A DNA stretch of 64,000 nt from the NCBI GenBank assembly GCA_009937605.1, contig JAACFG010000001.1, positions 9,527 to 73,526 of the forward strand, read 5' to 3'. The notes beneath the pieces were generated by a model. It had not been told where the DNA came from and searched no databases. It saw only the letters and a list, made by a program, of their open reading frames with translations. The first letter of the stretch is position 1; the number at the start of each line of letters is the position of its first letter. Positions 11,583 to 22,071 of this stretch are shown here, in pieces. The position numbers and the translations under genes are program-made. This stretch comes from Gammaproteobacteria bacterium (GTDB lineage Bacteria; Pseudomonadota; Gammaproteobacteria; Steroidobacterales; Woeseiaceae).

Positions 11583-12194
11583 ATGGCCAGGAAGCGCAAC
11601 AATGGAACGGAACGTGCGCGCCAGGTGCTTGCGCAGGAAGCTGCGCGCATCATCGTTGATCACGGCATTCGCGACTACCGGGTTGCGAAGCAGAAAGCAG
11701 CCGAACGGCTCGGCGTCAGCTCGCGTGGCTCTCTGCCCGGCAATGCCGAGATAGAAGCGGCGGTTGTCGACCACCTGCAGATTTTCGGCGGCGAATCACA
11801 TGCAGACCTGCTACGCCTGATGCGCACAGCCGCGCTTTCAGCCATGGAACTGTTGGGTGATTTTTCTCCACGGCTGGTCGGCCCTGTGCTGATTGGCACT
11901 GCAGATGACAACTCTGCGGTCAACCTGCACCTGTTCGCGGACAGCGCGGAAATGATCGCTATGGAAATTGGCGACATGGGCATCCAGTTTCGACCGTACG
12001 AGCGCCGGTTAAAGAGTCGCCGGGGACAGGTAGAGCTGTACCCCGGCTTCGAATTCAGTCACTGCAACGAGACGATCCAGGCGACCGTGTTTCCAATCGA
12101 CGGTATTCGCCAGGCACCGATGAGCCCGATTGATGGCAAGCCAATGAAGCGCGTTGACCGTGAAAGTGTTCAAGCTTTGCTTGAACACAAATAA
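11583..12194 (+). CDS. Conserved hypothetical protein (possible degenerate nucleotidyltransferase fold)
   Basis: 203-aa ORF starting 4 nt after the ponA stop. VGPVLIGTADDNSAVNLHLF resembles a minimal NTase G[ST]…D.D strand, but with Asn and His where the catalytic Asp residues should be. Confidence 0.55.
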   Translation: MARKRNNGTERARQVLAQEAARIIVDHGIRDYRVAKQKAAERLGVSSRGSLPGNAEIEAAVVDHLQIFGGESHADLLRLMRTAALSAMELLGDFSPRLVGPVLIGTADDNSAVNLHLFADSAEMIAMEIGDMGIQFRPYERRLKSRRGQVELYPGFEFSHCNETIQATVFPIDGIRQAPMSPIDGKPMKRVDRESVQALLEHK

Positions 12195-12230
12195 GAAGGG
12201 GGACACCTTGAAAGGTGTCCCCCTTCTTAT
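12191..12230. terminator. Bidirectional terminator hairpin shared by the convergent 203-aa gene and gltA
   Basis: ataagaagggggacacct-tgaa-aggtgtcccccttcttat: a perfect 18-bp stem. The + gene's stop codon and the first base of the gltA stop codon (12230..12232) lie within the stem arms. Confidence 0.8.
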
Positions 12231-13522
12231 TAGCGGTCGCCTATCGGCGTGTAATCCCGCGTGTCCGCTCCGATATAAAGCTGCCGCGGACGTGCAATCT
12301 TGCCCTTCGGGTCTGAGATCATCTCGCGCCAGTGCGAAACCCAGCCTACCGAGCGACCAAGCGCGAACATCACCGTAAACATCGACGTCGGGATACCGAG
12401 CGCCTTGTAGATGATGCCGGAGTAGAAGTCGACGTTCGGGTATAGGTTCTTCTCTTTGAAGTAGTCATCACTGAGTGCGACCTGTTCGAGTTCACGAGCA
12501 AGATCAAACAACGGTGTGTCATCGTTGTCGAGAGCATCAAGCACTTTGTGGCACATCTCGCGGATGATCGTCGCGCGCGGATCAAAGTTCTTGTAGACGC
12601 GGTGACCGAAGCCCATCAGGCGGAACGGATCGTCTTTGTCTTTGGCCTTCTCGATGTACTTGCCTATCTGGCTGACATCACCGATCTCCTTAAGCATCTC
12701 GAGCACAGCCTCGTTGGCACCACCGTGCGCCGGGCCCCACAGGGCTGAGATGCCTGCGGCAATGGCCGAGTAAGGGTTGGCGCCCGAACTACCTGCCATG
12801 CGTACCGTCGATGTTGAGCAGTTCTGCTCGTGGTCTGCGTGCAAGATGAACAGCAGGTCGAGTGCCTCGGAGGCGACCGGATTGATTTCGTAGGGCTCTG
12901 CCGGTACAGCGAACAGCATTTGAAGGAGATTGTCGCAATAATTGAGGTCATTGCGCGGATACATGAACGGCTGGCCCGTATTCAGCTTGTAGGCCGCAGC
13001 AGCAATCGTCGGCAACTTTGCGATAATCCGGTGCGAGAAAATCTCCCGGTGATTGCGATTCGAGGCGTCCATCTCGCTGTGGTAGTACGCAGACATTGAA
13101 CCCACGACCGCAGAGAGTTGCGCCATCGGGTGCGCATCGTAGCGAAATCCCTTGAAGAAATTCAGCATGCCCTCGTTGAGCATGGTGTGGCGACGAATTG
13201 TCTCCTCGAAAGACTCCAGCTCGTCCGCCGTAGGCAACTCGCCATTCAGCAACAGGAAGCATACTTCCATGAAGCTCGAATGCGCCGCCAGCTGCTCTAC
13301 CGGGTAACCCCGGTACATAAGAATGCCTTTCTCACCATCAATAAAGGTGATGTCAGACTTGCAGCTGCCCGTCGCAACGAAGCCGGGGTCGTAGGTGAAC
13401 GCGCCCTGCTCTTTATAGAGACGTGCAATGTCGATTACGTCTGGTCCGGTCGTACCGGTATGTACGGGCAACTCGGACTCGGTGCCGTTGGGGCTTATCA
13501 GCCGATATGCATCCTGGCTCAT
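12230..13522 (-). CDS. gltA: Citrate synthase (type II)
   Basis: 430 aa with the signature [14 protein letters not shown] and the HADHEQN active-site region. Confidence 0.95.
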   Translation of the reverse strand: MSQDAYRLISPNGTESELPVHTGTTGPDVIDIARLYKEQGAFTYDPGFVATGSCKSDITFIDGEKGILMYRGYPVEQLAAHSSFMEVCFLLLNGELPTADELESFEETIRRHTMLNEGMLNFFKGFRYDAHPMAQLSAVVGSMSAYYHSEMDASNRNHREIFSHRIIAKLPTIAAAAYKLNTGQPFMYPRNDLNYCDNLLQMLFAVPAEPYEINPVASEALDLLFILHADHEQNCSTSTVRMAGSSGANPYSAIAAGISALWGPAHGGANEAVLEMLKEIGDVSQIGKYIEKAKDKDDPFRLMGFGHRVYKNFDPRATIIREMCHKVLDALDNDDTPLFDLARELEQVALSDDYFKEKNLYPNVDFYSGIIYKALGIPTSMFTVMFALGRSVGWVSHWREMISDPKGKIARPRQLYIGADTRDYTPIGDR

Positions 13523-13659
13523 GTCTCTCCTCTTATTTTCGTTCTACCAAACCAGTCGAGCATAGCAGAGCGCCCCGCGTAGCGGAGTAGTGGAAGAACA
13601 CTATATTGAGTACCAGGCGGGGGCCGGCGGACAGCCTGCGGCGCGGGTCCGGTACTAGC

Positions 13660-13878
13660 TTATTCGGCCTTCGCGGAGCCCATTCCGTATTTCTTGCGGA
13701 ACTTGTCGACGCGACCGCCAGTATCAACGATCTTCTGCTTGCCGGTGTAAAACGGGTGGCATGAGGAGCACACTTCGATGTGGAGTTCCTCACCGAGCGT
13801 CGAGCGGGTTTCAAACTCGTTGCCGCAACTACAGATCACCTTGATGGGTTCGTAATTGGGGTGGATATCGGCTTTCAT
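13660..13878 (-). CDS. rpmE: 50S ribosomal protein L31 (Zn-ribbon type)
   Basis: [22 protein letters not shown]…[13 protein letters not shown]. Internal start at M56 of the tracked ORF. CxC and CxxC zinc ligands are present. Confidence 0.95.
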   Translation of the reverse strand: MKADIHPNYEPIKVICSCGNEFETRSTLGEELHIEVCSSCHPFYTGKQKIVDTGGRVDKFRKKYGMGSAKAE

Positions 13879-13960
13879 CTTGGCTCTCCAGAGCACGCTT
13901 CTATGCGAAAAAGGTCGCGTAGGATATAGCGAAGACGCAATCTCCGCAAGCCCCCAATTC

Positions 13961-13995
13961 TTATCCACAGATCCTGTGGATAAGGTTGTGGAAGA
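13961..13995. promoter_or_regulatory. Inverted pair of perfect DnaA boxes with a central GATC, plus a third degenerate box
   Basis: TTATCCACA (13961-13969), gatcc, TGTGGATAA (13975-13983), then tgtggaaga (13987-13995; 2 mismatches). They lie about 10 bp upstream of a sigma70-like -35/-10 pair for rpmE on the minus strand (TTGCGG…TATATC). Confidence 0.6.
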
Positions 13996-14224
13996 AAATT
14001 GAACGAGTGCCGTAAGGTGCGGATTTTCAAGCAGCGACACCAAAATGACTATTTTGTGTCCATTTTTAGAATATTAATAAAAACAACGACTTATAATGCT
14101 TTTGCGACGCACAAAATGAGATGAGTGCCTTCAAATGCTGAAAATACAGTACCCGCTACCGTCTTGTGCATAATTGAACGAGCCCAGGTACTCGGTCGCG
14201 AGCGTGATTTTCGCCCCTGCGTGC

Positions 14225-15379
14225 TCAGGATTTGCGCAAAAATTCGGCCTGCAGGTCATTAAGAAACTGCTGCCCAAGGGCTGTTGCTCGCCAGGAATTC
14301 GAGGCATCGCGCTCGACGAGACCTTTTTCCAGTGGACCAAGCATCGCAGTTTTCAGCTGCTCGCTCGAGAGGCCGGTACGCTCCAGGAACAGGCGCTCGG
14401 GAAAGCCGTCGACAAGACGCAACGCATTAAGCATGAATTCGAACACCAGGTCGTCTTCTGACAGCAATTGCGGCTGTGCGGCAGCGCTACCCTCCTCCAT
14501 TGCCAGCATGTACTGGAGTGGATTGGCGGGTTTGCGGTAGCGCGCGGCGCCGCCGGACCCGCTGATTTTTCCGTGCGCGCCCGCACCCACTGCCAGGTAG
14601 TCGCCAAACAGCCAGTAATTGACGTTATGCCGGCAACGTCGCTTCTCGTCGACGGCCCAGGCTGATACCTCGTACTGCCGATAACCAAGCGACCGCAGTT
14701 TTTGCGCGCCGGCGTCCTGTATCTCGCAGGCGCCCTCTTCCTGTGGCAGTCCGTCGGGCGGTCGTGCGAAAAAGACCGTATTGGGTTCGAGCGTCAGCTC
14801 GTACCAGGAAATGTGTGTCGGGCCCAGTGCCGCCGCTGACTCGATATCGATCGTCGCGGATTCAGTTGTCTGCCCAGGCAGGCCGTTCATCAAGTCAATG
14901 TTGAAGTTGTCGAATCCGGCGGTCACCACGTCTTCGACCGTACGACGAATATCATCGCTGCCGTGAATACGCCCCAGGCGCTTGAGCGCGTCGTCATCAA
15001 AGCTTTGGGCGCCAATTGATAATCGATTGACTCCAGCATCGCGATAAGCCGCAGGCGTCCCGAACTCCACAGTACCCGGGTTTGCTTCCATCGTGACTTC
15101 GGCGTCGGCAGCAACCGAGAAACGCCCGGCCACGCCCTCGAGCAGCCGTCCTATCTCGCCGGGCGAAAAAAGGCTCGGCGTGCCACCGCCAAGAAATATG
15201 CTCTCGATTGTTCGTCCGGCGGCCCTCTCCTTTTCACGATCGAGATCTGCAAGCAGCGCGTCAATGTAACGCTGCTTCGGGGGTGCATCGCCTGCCGTAT
15301 GCGAGTTGAAATCGCAGTATGGGCACTTGCGCACGCACCAGGGCAAATGCGCGTAGAGAGACAGCGGCGGCTCGTTCAC
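14225..15379 (-). CDS. hemW: Radical SAM heme chaperone HemW (HemN-like, not a true coproporphyrinogen oxidase)
   Basis: CxxxCxxC radical-SAM motif CVRKCPYCDF. Length (384 aa) and hemW-rdgB-rph synteny fit. Confidence 0.85.
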   Translation of the reverse strand: MNEPPLSLYAHLPWCVRKCPYCDFNSHTAGDAPPKQRYIDALLADLDREKERAAGRTIESIFLGGGTPSLFSPGEIGRLLEGVAGRFSVAADAEVTMEANPGTVEFGTPAAYRDAGVNRLSIGAQSFDDDALKRLGRIHGSDDIRRTVEDVVTAGFDNFNIDLMNGLPGQTTESATIDIESAAALGPTHISWYELTLEPNTVFFARPPDGLPQEEGACEIQDAGAQKLRSLGYRQYEVSAWAVDEKRRCRHNVNYWLFGDYLAVGAGAHGKISGSGGAARYRKPANPLQYMLAMEEGSAAAQPQLLSEDDLVFEFMLNALRLVDGFPERLFLERTGLSSEQLKTAMLGPLEKGLVERDASNSWRATALGQQFLNDLQAEFLRKS

Positions 15380-15978
15380 GCGTACTTCTGTTGCAACAGA
15401 TCGACGAGCTTTCTGAGTGCCTGCCCACGATGGCTGCGCGCGTTCTTCTCGTCCGCTTCAAGTTCGGCGGAACTACAATAGCAATCGGGCACAAAGAACA
15501 ACGGATCGTAACCGAAGCCGCCATTACCCTGGCGCGCGTGCAGGATTGAGCCTCGCCATTCACCATGCGCGACCAGCGGTGCGCCACCACCCGGCTCAAC
15601 AAACGTCGCGACGCAGTGAAATGCAGCGCCACGATCAGCGATGCCATCGAGCTCGGCGAGTAGTTTGTCGTTGTTCGACTCGTCGTCGCACTCAGGGCCA
15701 GCATAACGCGACGAGTAAACGCCAGGCGCCCCGTCGAGCGCGTCAACCGATAGTCCGGAATCATCGCCAATTGCGGGCAGCCCGGTCGCATCGGACGCGT
15801 GTTGCGCCTTAATGAGTGAGTTCTCGGCGAACGTGGTGCCGGTTTCGTCGGCGTCAGTGACACCGAACTCGGACTGCGCCACGACCTCGATGCCGAGCCC
15901 CCCAAGCAGGCGTGCGATCTCGCGAATCTTGCCCGGATTGCCGGTGGCCATGACGATTTTGGCTGGGCGCTGGCTCAC
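15376..15978 (-). CDS. rdgB: Non-canonical purine NTP pyrophosphatase (RdgB/HAM1)
   Basis: [14 protein letters not shown] motif, 200 aa. 4-nt overlaps with both neighbours. Confidence 0.9.
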   Translation of the reverse strand: MSQRPAKIVMATGNPGKIREIARLLGGLGIEVVAQSEFGVTDADETGTTFAENSLIKAQHASDATGLPAIGDDSGLSVDALDGAPGVYSSRYAGPECDDESNNDKLLAELDGIADRGAAFHCVATFVEPGGGAPLVAHGEWRGSILHARQGNGGFGYDPLFFVPDCYCSSAELEADEKNARSHRGQALRKLVDLLQQKYA

Positions 15979-16700
15979 GAGGTCGCGGCTGTGATCGCCT
16001 CGTTCTGCACGGTGATGATGTCCGCGATGCCCGCGCGCGCAAGACTGATCATGGCGGTAAATTCATCATCGGTGAATGCGTGCCCCTCCGCGGTACCCTG
16101 CACTTCGATGAATCGACTCGCGTCATTCATGACGATGTTCATGTCGGTCTCTGCCTCGGAATCCTCGGGGTAATCAAGGTCGAGAACCGGCATTCCACGA
16201 TAGATTCCGACGGAAACCGCGGCAACCTGTCCGTGCAGGGGGTTCTTCTTGAGCTTTCCGGCTTTCTGCATGCGCTGTATCGCAATGGCCAGCGCAACGT
16301 AAGCACCGCTAATCGATGCCGTTCGTGTACCTCCATCCGCCTGGATGACATCGCAGTCGAGTGTCACTGAGCGTTCACCGAGCGCTTCAAGATCGGTTAC
16401 GGCGCGCAGCGAGCGACCGATTAGCCGCTGTATCTCAAGCGTGCGGCCGCCTTGCTTTCCGCGCGACGCTTCGCGTCCGGAACGTGTGTGCGTCGACCGC
16501 GGCAACATGCCGTATTCGGCCGTCACCCAGCCGCGACCCGTATTGCGCATCCAACCCGGGACGCGCTCTTCGATGCTGGCAGTGCAAAGCACGCGCGTGT
16601 TACCAAACTCGGCAAGCACACTGCCTTCGGCGTGGATCGTAAAATCGGGGGTGAAGCGCAATTCGCGCATCTGTGATGCTTCGCGGCCACTTGGACGCAT
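15975..16700 (-). CDS. rph: Ribonuclease PH
   Basis: [16 protein letters not shown]… and [15 protein letters not shown] motifs, 241 aa. Confidence 0.95.
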   Translation of the reverse strand: MRPSGREASQMRELRFTPDFTIHAEGSVLAEFGNTRVLCTASIEERVPGWMRNTGRGWVTAEYGMLPRSTHTRSGREASRGKQGGRTLEIQRLIGRSLRAVTDLEALGERSVTLDCDVIQADGGTRTASISGAYVALAIAIQRMQKAGKLKKNPLHGQVAAVSVGIYRGMPVLDLDYPEDSEAETDMNIVMNDASRFIEVQGTAEGHAFTDDEFTAMISLARAGIADIITVQNEAITAATS

Positions 16701-16741
16701 GTCTAGTCTCCCGGAAAAGGAACAAATAGTTGTCGGCGTAC

Positions 16742-17488
16742 CTAGAGGCCGAGCCAGCGTAATGCCGTACCGGTCGTATTGTCGCTGTAGGGAGAGTTGA
16801 CGTTCAACGCTTTCATGCTGAGCGCCTTCAGGTTCTCAACGAGATTGTCATCGCCCGGATTGCCAATTTCTGCCATATCGGCGTCGCCAAGCCCGGACCA
16901 CAGGCCATCAGAGCAGGCCAGCAGGACATCGCCCGGCTCGAGCGCCTGGCGACTCGTGATGCTCATATCAGGAACCGGAGAGTCGCCGCCAATGCAGCAC
17001 TCAACAAAATTGCGCATCGGATGGTCTTGCGCTTCTTCTTCCGAAATCGCGCCTTCCTGGATCAGGACCTCAACGTGACTGTGATCGCGCGAACGTGTCA
17101 GCACGCTTCGCTCGCGCACCTGGTAGATACGACTATCGCCGATATGCGCCCAAAACGAGCCACCTTCCTGCACCAGGCAAACCGCACACGTGGCACGAGG
17201 TCGAAAATCCACGGCAACGTCGGCGCCCAGTTTTACAACCTCGTCATGCGCCTTCGACAGTGACATGTACAGGAAGCCTTGCGGGTCAAAGATCGGCTGC
17301 ACCGCCTCCATGAACGCCTCCTGAACCGCCCTGAGCCCGGTTTCAGCGGCCTTGGCCCCGTCCGAGTGCCCGCCCATGCCGTCGAAGACCAGCATCAGCG
17401 CCGCTTCGTCGGAGACGACTATTGCCGCTCGATCCTGGTTGTCCTGGCGATCGCCGAGCGCGGAGACTTTTGCGTATTCGATTTGCAT
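16742..17488 (-). CDS. PP2C-family Ser/Thr protein phosphatase
   Basis: NQDR…VFDGMGGH…GDSR…CSDGL metal-binding motifs of PPM phosphatases, 248 aa. Confidence 0.85.
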   Translation of the reverse strand: MQIEYAKVSALGDRQDNQDRAAIVVSDEAALMLVFDGMGGHSDGAKAAETGLRAVQEAFMEAVQPIFDPQGFLYMSLSKAHDEVVKLGADVAVDFRPRATCAVCLVQEGGSFWAHIGDSRIYQVRERSVLTRSRDHSHVEVLIQEGAISEEEAQDHPMRNFVECCIGGDSPVPDMSITSRQALEPGDVLLACSDGLWSGLGDADMAEIGNPGDDNLVENLKALSMKALNVNSPYSDNTTGTALRWLGL

Positions 17489-17568
17489 AGACTTCGGTGT
17501 TGTGTGGCCTTCTCTAGCGGCGACAGCTTAGAATGTCCGTCCTTGGAAAAACGTGACGTGGGCATCAG

Positions 17569-18435
17569 ATGTTACACAGTATGACAGGCTTCGCGCGAGA
17601 GTCAGCGGAATCCGCTATCGGCACTCTCACGTGGGAAATTCGCGCAGTCAACCACCGTTACCTCGATGTGCAATTCAAACTGCCGGAGGATCTGCGGCCG
17701 AAGGAACAGGTTTTTCGGCAGCAGGCAAGCTCGTCGCTCGGACGTGGCAAGGTCGAATGCGCGCTCTATTTTCGTCGGGCGTTTGATCAGGACAGCGAGA
17801 TGCAGATCAATACGGAGCTCGTCGAACTCATCGGCCATCGCATTTCCGACCTGACTGCGAAGCTGCCCAACGTGGCGGCAGTTAACCCCATCGAAATCCT
17901 GCGTTGGCCTGGCGTCGTGCAACAATCCGATCTCGAGGTCGAGCCGCTGTTTGCAGAGGCCGGGCAGTTGCTCACCAAAGCCCTGGCAGCAATTGGCGAA
18001 ATGCGATCGAGCGAAGGTGCGCGCATCGGGGACATGCTCGAATCACGCTGCGCCGAGATTGAAGCGATTGCGAAGTCGGTGAGGGCACGCATGCCCGAGG
18101 TGCTCGATGCGGCCCGCGCCAAACAGAAGGAACGCATCGCCAACCTCGACGTGGAGGCTGACCCGGCACGTCTCGAGGTTGAGTTGGCGCTGCTCGCGAC
18201 AAAGATTGATGTCGATGAGGAACTCGATCGACTCGATAGTCACCTCGTTGAAATTCGCGATGCCCTTAAATCGAAGAAGCCCGTCGGCCGTCGCCTCGAC
18301 TTCCTGATGCAGGAACTCAATCGCGAGGCCAATACGCTGGGATCGAAATCGGCCGACACCGAGACGACAAAGGCGGCTGTTGATCTCAAAGTACTGATCG
18401 AGCAAATGCGCGAACAGATTCAGAACGTCGAGTAA
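17569..18435 (+). CDS. yicC: YicC-family stress-induced protein
   Basis: (MLHS)MTGFARE N-terminus and the C-terminal LDFLMQELNREANTLGSKS motif typical of YicC. 288 aa. Confidence 0.85.
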   Translation: MLHSMTGFARESAESAIGTLTWEIRAVNHRYLDVQFKLPEDLRPKEQVFRQQASSSLGRGKVECALYFRRAFDQDSEMQINTELVELIGHRISDLTAKLPNVAAVNPIEILRWPGVVQQSDLEVEPLFAEAGQLLTKALAAIGEMRSSEGARIGDMLESRCAEIEAIAKSVRARMPEVLDAARAKQKERIANLDVEADPARLEVELALLATKIDVDEELDRLDSHLVEIRDALKSKKPVGRRLDFLMQELNREANTLGSKSADTETTKAAVDLKVLIEQMREQIQNVE

Positions 18436-18440
18436 GCAAC

Positions 18441-19061
18441 GTGCAGCAAGACACCGGGAAACTCTTCGTATTTGCCGCGCCTTCCGGTGCGGGCAAGACC
18501 ACCCTTGTCCACGCCGTCGTTACGAAGCATCCGGAACTCCGGTTTTCAATTTCCTACACAACGCGGAAACCGCGCAAGAACGAAGCGGATGGCGTCGACT
18601 ACCTGTTCGTCGACGAGGACGAGTTCATGCGGCTTCGCGATCAGGGCGAGATGCTCGAATACGCCGAAGTCTTCGATAACTACTACGCATCGAGTCGCAG
18701 CCAGGTTGAGAAGCACCTTGCCGACAGCCGCAACGTGATCCTGGAAATCGATTGGCAAGGCGCGCAGCAGGTGCGTGAATCCATGCCCGAATGCGTCACG
18801 ATATTCATCCTGCCACCCTCGGTGGAGGAGCTCGAGCGACGCCTGCGCGATCGGGGCACCGATGCGCCTGAGGTTATCGAGCGGCGCCTGTGCGATGCGC
18901 TCTCGGATATGTCCCACTGGGATGAGTTCGACCATGTCATCATCAATGACGACCTGAACCAGGCGATCGCGGACCTCGAGGATGTCCTGGGCGGAAAAGG
19001 CGAGGCAACCGCGACCTCGAATGCAGCTCTGCGCCGCGCCGTTGAGCGAATCATCGACTAA
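18441..19061 (+). CDS. gmk: Guanylate kinase
   Basis: P-loop APSGAGKTT and the YTTRKPR motif. GTG start at 18441. Confidence 0.9.
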   Translation: MQQDTGKLFVFAAPSGAGKTTLVHAVVTKHPELRFSISYTTRKPRKNEADGVDYLFVDEDEFMRLRDQGEMLEYAEVFDNYYASSRSQVEKHLADSRNVILEIDWQGAQQVRESMPECVTIFILPPSVEELERRLRDRGTDAPEVIERRLCDALSDMSHWDEFDHVIINDDLNQAIADLEDVLGGKGEATATSNAALRRAVERIID

Positions 19062-19166
19062 CTGCTTATAACGATTGCTTATATGGGCTGACGTGGCACC
19101 GGGCGCCTCACCTACAATCCCCGCCTCGTTCAACGCCGCTTTTGGCCCGCCCCCAAGGAAAACACC

Positions 19167-19448
19167 ATGGCTCGTATTACCGTCGAAGACTGCCTCGACA
19201 ACGTCGAAAACATTTTCGAGATGGTGCTTGTCGCCGCGAAACGCGCGCGTCGCATCGCCCATGGCGCAGACCCAATGCTCCCACTGGAAAACGACAAGCC
19301 GACGGTTATCGCACTTCGCGAAATCGCCGACGGGCTTGTGACCTCGTCAATCCTCGAAGAGATTGATCAGCCGGAGGTCGAAGAATTGCTGCAGCCTGAG
19401 GCGACCGACGAAATTCTGCCGGTACGCGGCATCTCGATTGGAGACTAG
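19167..19448 (+). CDS. rpoZ: RNA polymerase omega subunit
   Basis: [30 protein letters not shown] is the canonical RpoZ N-terminus. gmk-rpoZ-spoT synteny. Confidence 0.95.
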   Translation: MARITVEDCLDNVENIFEMVLVAAKRARRIAHGADPMLPLENDKPTVIALREIADGLVTSSILEEIDQPEVEELLQPEATDEILPVRGISIGD

Positions 19449-19496
19449 TCCAGGCGACTAGTCCAAAAACGCCCGCGACCCCGTTACTATGGGGGC

Positions 19497-21653
19497 ATGG
19501 ATTACGCGGCTTCCATCTTGTCCAGACTCCCCGGCGCCTCGCGCAGGGATCACGGCGTGCGCCAGTTGGTTGAGACGCTCGAGTCCTACCTGCCGGATGA
19601 CCAGGTCGCCCAGATCCTGGAGGCCTACGCATTCGGTGAGGCGGCGCACAAAGGCCAGACCCGACAATCGGGCGAAGCCTACATCACGCATCCGGTTGCC
19701 GTTGCCCAGGAACTGGCCGAGATGCATCTCGACTCGGAAGCGATCTGCGCCGCTATATTGCACGATGTCGTAGAGGACACGTCCGCTACACTTGGCGAGA
19801 TACAGGAGAAGTTTGGCGAGGACGTCGCGCAGATTGTCGATGGCGTCAGCAAGCTCGATCAGATTCAGTTCCGCAGCCGCGCTGAAGCCCAGGCCGAGAG
19901 TTTTCGCAAGATGATGCTTGCGATGATCGAGGACATTCGCGTCATCCTTGTAAAGCTGTCAGACCGGTTGCACAACATGCAGACGCTCGGTGCCATGCCG
20001 GCCGTCAAGAAGAAACGAATCGCGCGCGAGACGCTCGACATCTACGCACCCATTGCGAATCGCCTCGGTATCAACCGCCTCAAGGTGCAACTCGAAGACC
20101 TTGGCTTCAAGCACCTGCACCCGTTCCGCTACCGCGTGCTCGAGAACGCGTTGCGCAAAAGCAAGGGCAGCCAGAAACAGATTGTCAAACGCATCTCCGA
20201 TCAATTTGGCAAGGCCATGGCGGAGGACGGTATCGAAGGTCAGGTGATCGGGCGCCAGAAACACCTGTACAGCATCTACAGAAAAATGGCGGAAAAAAAG
20301 CGCCTGCTTTCCGATGTCGTCGATGTGTATGGATTTCGCATAATCGTCGACGATGTCAGCACCTGCTACCAAACGCTGGGCCTCGTTCATCAGCTTTACA
20401 AGCCCATGCCCGGTCGTTTCAAGGACTACATCGCCATCCCACGCATTAACGGCTACCAGTCGCTGCACACAACGCTGTTCGGGCCGAAGGGCTTGCCATT
20501 GGAGGTGCAGATTCGCACTCGCGACATGGACCGCGTTGCTGAGTCGGGCGTTGCGTCGCACTGGATCTACAAGGCCGATGAAAAATCTGATGCGACACCG
20601 CAGCGGCGCGCCCGTGAATGGTTATCGAATCTCGCTGAATTGCAGCAGTCCGGAACATCCGAAGAATTTCTCGAGAGCGTGAGGGTCGACCTGTTCCCGG
20701 ACAAGATCTACGTGTTCACGCCGAAGGGTGACATCATGCCATTACCCAAGGGCGCGACGACCGTCGATTTTGCCTACGCCGTGCATACAGACATCGGTAA
20801 CCGCACCGTGGCCGCGAAGATCAATCGAGGGCTCGTGCCGCTGCGAACACCGCTGCAGAACGGGCAGACCGTGGAGATCGTCACGTCGCGCGGCGCGAAA
20901 CCAAACCCGACCTGGCTGACATTCGTACGCTCCGCCAAGGCAAGAACCGCAATTCGTAATCACATGAAGAACCTGCGCTCGACAGAATCTGTTGATCTGG
21001 GCAAACGCTTGCTCGACAAGTCGCTCAAGGACATCGGCTCGTCGCTGCGCAAGGTTGGCAAGGTACGCATGGGTGAAGCGCTCGAGGAACTCGGCCTGAG
21101 TAGCGCCGAAGATTTATATGAACAGCTCGGACTCGGCGAGCGCCTCTCGCCCCTGACCGCACGTCTTCTCGTAGGCGCCAACGAAGAAGGTGAAACCGAC
21201 GAACAAGTCGCCAGCCTCGTTATTGCCGGCACAGAAGGTATGGTCGTGAGTTATGCCAAGTGCTGCTATCCGCTGCCCGGTGACGACGTGATGGGCTACC
21301 TGACAACCGGGCGCGGCGTTGTAATTCATCGCAACACCTGTGGCAACCTCTCGAACTTCCGCAAGCAGCCCGAAAAGTGGATTGCGGTAAGTTGGGAGAA
21401 GGATGTTGCCCGCGAGTTCCATTGCCAAATCCAGTGCGAGACACGCAACCGCACCGGGGTGCTCGCGGAAGTTGCGGCAACGCTCGCTGACAGTGGCTCG
21501 AACATAGAACAGGTCGAAGTCATTTCACGACACGAAGATGTCTCGGTATTAACATTCCTGCTGCAGGTTCACGATCGTATTCATCTCGCACAAATTATGC
21601 GCAACGTTCGCAAGATGCCCAGCGTCATTCGTGTCTCGCGAGACTGCGCATAA
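19497..21653 (+). CDS. spoT: Bifunctional (p)ppGpp synthetase/hydrolase
   Basis: HD hydrolase motif (LHDVVEDT) and synthetase motif ([19 protein letters not shown]). TGS and C-terminal ACT-like regions. 718 aa. Confidence 0.9.
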   Translation: MDYAASILSRLPGASRRDHGVRQLVETLESYLPDDQVAQILEAYAFGEAAHKGQTRQSGEAYITHPVAVAQELAEMHLDSEAICAAILHDVVEDTSATLGEIQEKFGEDVAQIVDGVSKLDQIQFRSRAEAQAESFRKMMLAMIEDIRVILVKLSDRLHNMQTLGAMPAVKKKRIARETLDIYAPIANRLGINRLKVQLEDLGFKHLHPFRYRVLENALRKSKGSQKQIVKRISDQFGKAMAEDGIEGQVIGRQKHLYSIYRKMAEKKRLLSDVVDVYGFRIIVDDVSTCYQTLGLVHQLYKPMPGRFKDYIAIPRINGYQSLHTTLFGPKGLPLEVQIRTRDMDRVAESGVASHWIYKADEKSDATPQRRAREWLSNLAELQQSGTSEEFLESVRVDLFPDKIYVFTPKGDIMPLPKGATTVDFAYAVHTDIGNRTVAAKINRGLVPLRTPLQNGQTVEIVTSRGAKPNPTWLTFVRSAKARTAIRNHMKNLRSTESVDLGKRLLDKSLKDIGSSLRKVGKVRMGEALEELGLSSAEDLYEQLGLGERLSPLTARLLVGANEEGETDEQVASLVIAGTEGMVVSYAKCCYPLPGDDVMGYLTTGRGVVIHRNTCGNLSNFRKQPEKWIAVSWEKDVAREFHCQIQCETRNRTGVLAEVAATLADSGSNIEQVEVISRHEDVSVLTFLLQVHDRIHLAQIMRNVRKMPSVIRVSRDCA

Positions 21654-21679
21654 GCCTTTTCTTTTCTGGACTATTTTTG

Positions 21680-22063
21680 ATGAGCAAAGAGACTATTCAT
21701 ACCGATCGCGCGCCGGCGGCGATCGGCACTTACTCCCAGGCCACCAGGGTCGGTCAGTTCGTATTCCTGTCGGGACAAATCCCGTTTGTGCCGGAAACCA
21801 TGGAAGTTGTCGACGGCGACTTCGCGACACGTGCGCGCCAGGTTTTTGAGAACCTGAAGGCAATTGCGGAGGCTGCGGGCGGGAGCCTCAACGACGCCGT
21901 CAAGATCACTATTTTCCTGACCGACCTCAATGACTTCGCGACCGTAAACGAGGTCATGGCCGAGTTTTGCGACGAACCTTTTCCGGCGCGAGCGGCCGTG
22001 CAGGTCGCGGCGCTTCCCAGGGGCGTCGATATCGAGGCTGACGCCATACTCGCGCTGGCGTAG
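21680..22063 (+). CDS. ridA: RidA/YjgF-family enamine/imine deaminase
   Basis: [11 protein letters not shown]…GQIP…VKITIFL…[17 protein letters not shown] motifs. I preferred the ATG at 21680 over the TTG at 21677. Confidence 0.85.
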   Translation: MSKETIHTDRAPAAIGTYSQATRVGQFVFLSGQIPFVPETMEVVDGDFATRARQVFENLKAIAEAAGGSLNDAVKITIFLTDLNDFATVNEVMAEFCDEPFPARAAVQVAALPRGVDIEADAILALA

Positions 22064-22071
22064 GAGCGGCA

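Noticed and set aside
13961-14130. Possibility that the DnaA boxes plus the AT-rich tract are the chromosomal origin (oriC)
   Set aside because: There are only 2-3 boxes. I could identify no 13-mer-like repeats or a GATC cluster. The flanking genes (rpmE, hemW) are not typical oriC neighbours, and dnaA/dnaN/gidA are absent from the window. I kept it as a regulatory or DnaA-titration candidate instead.
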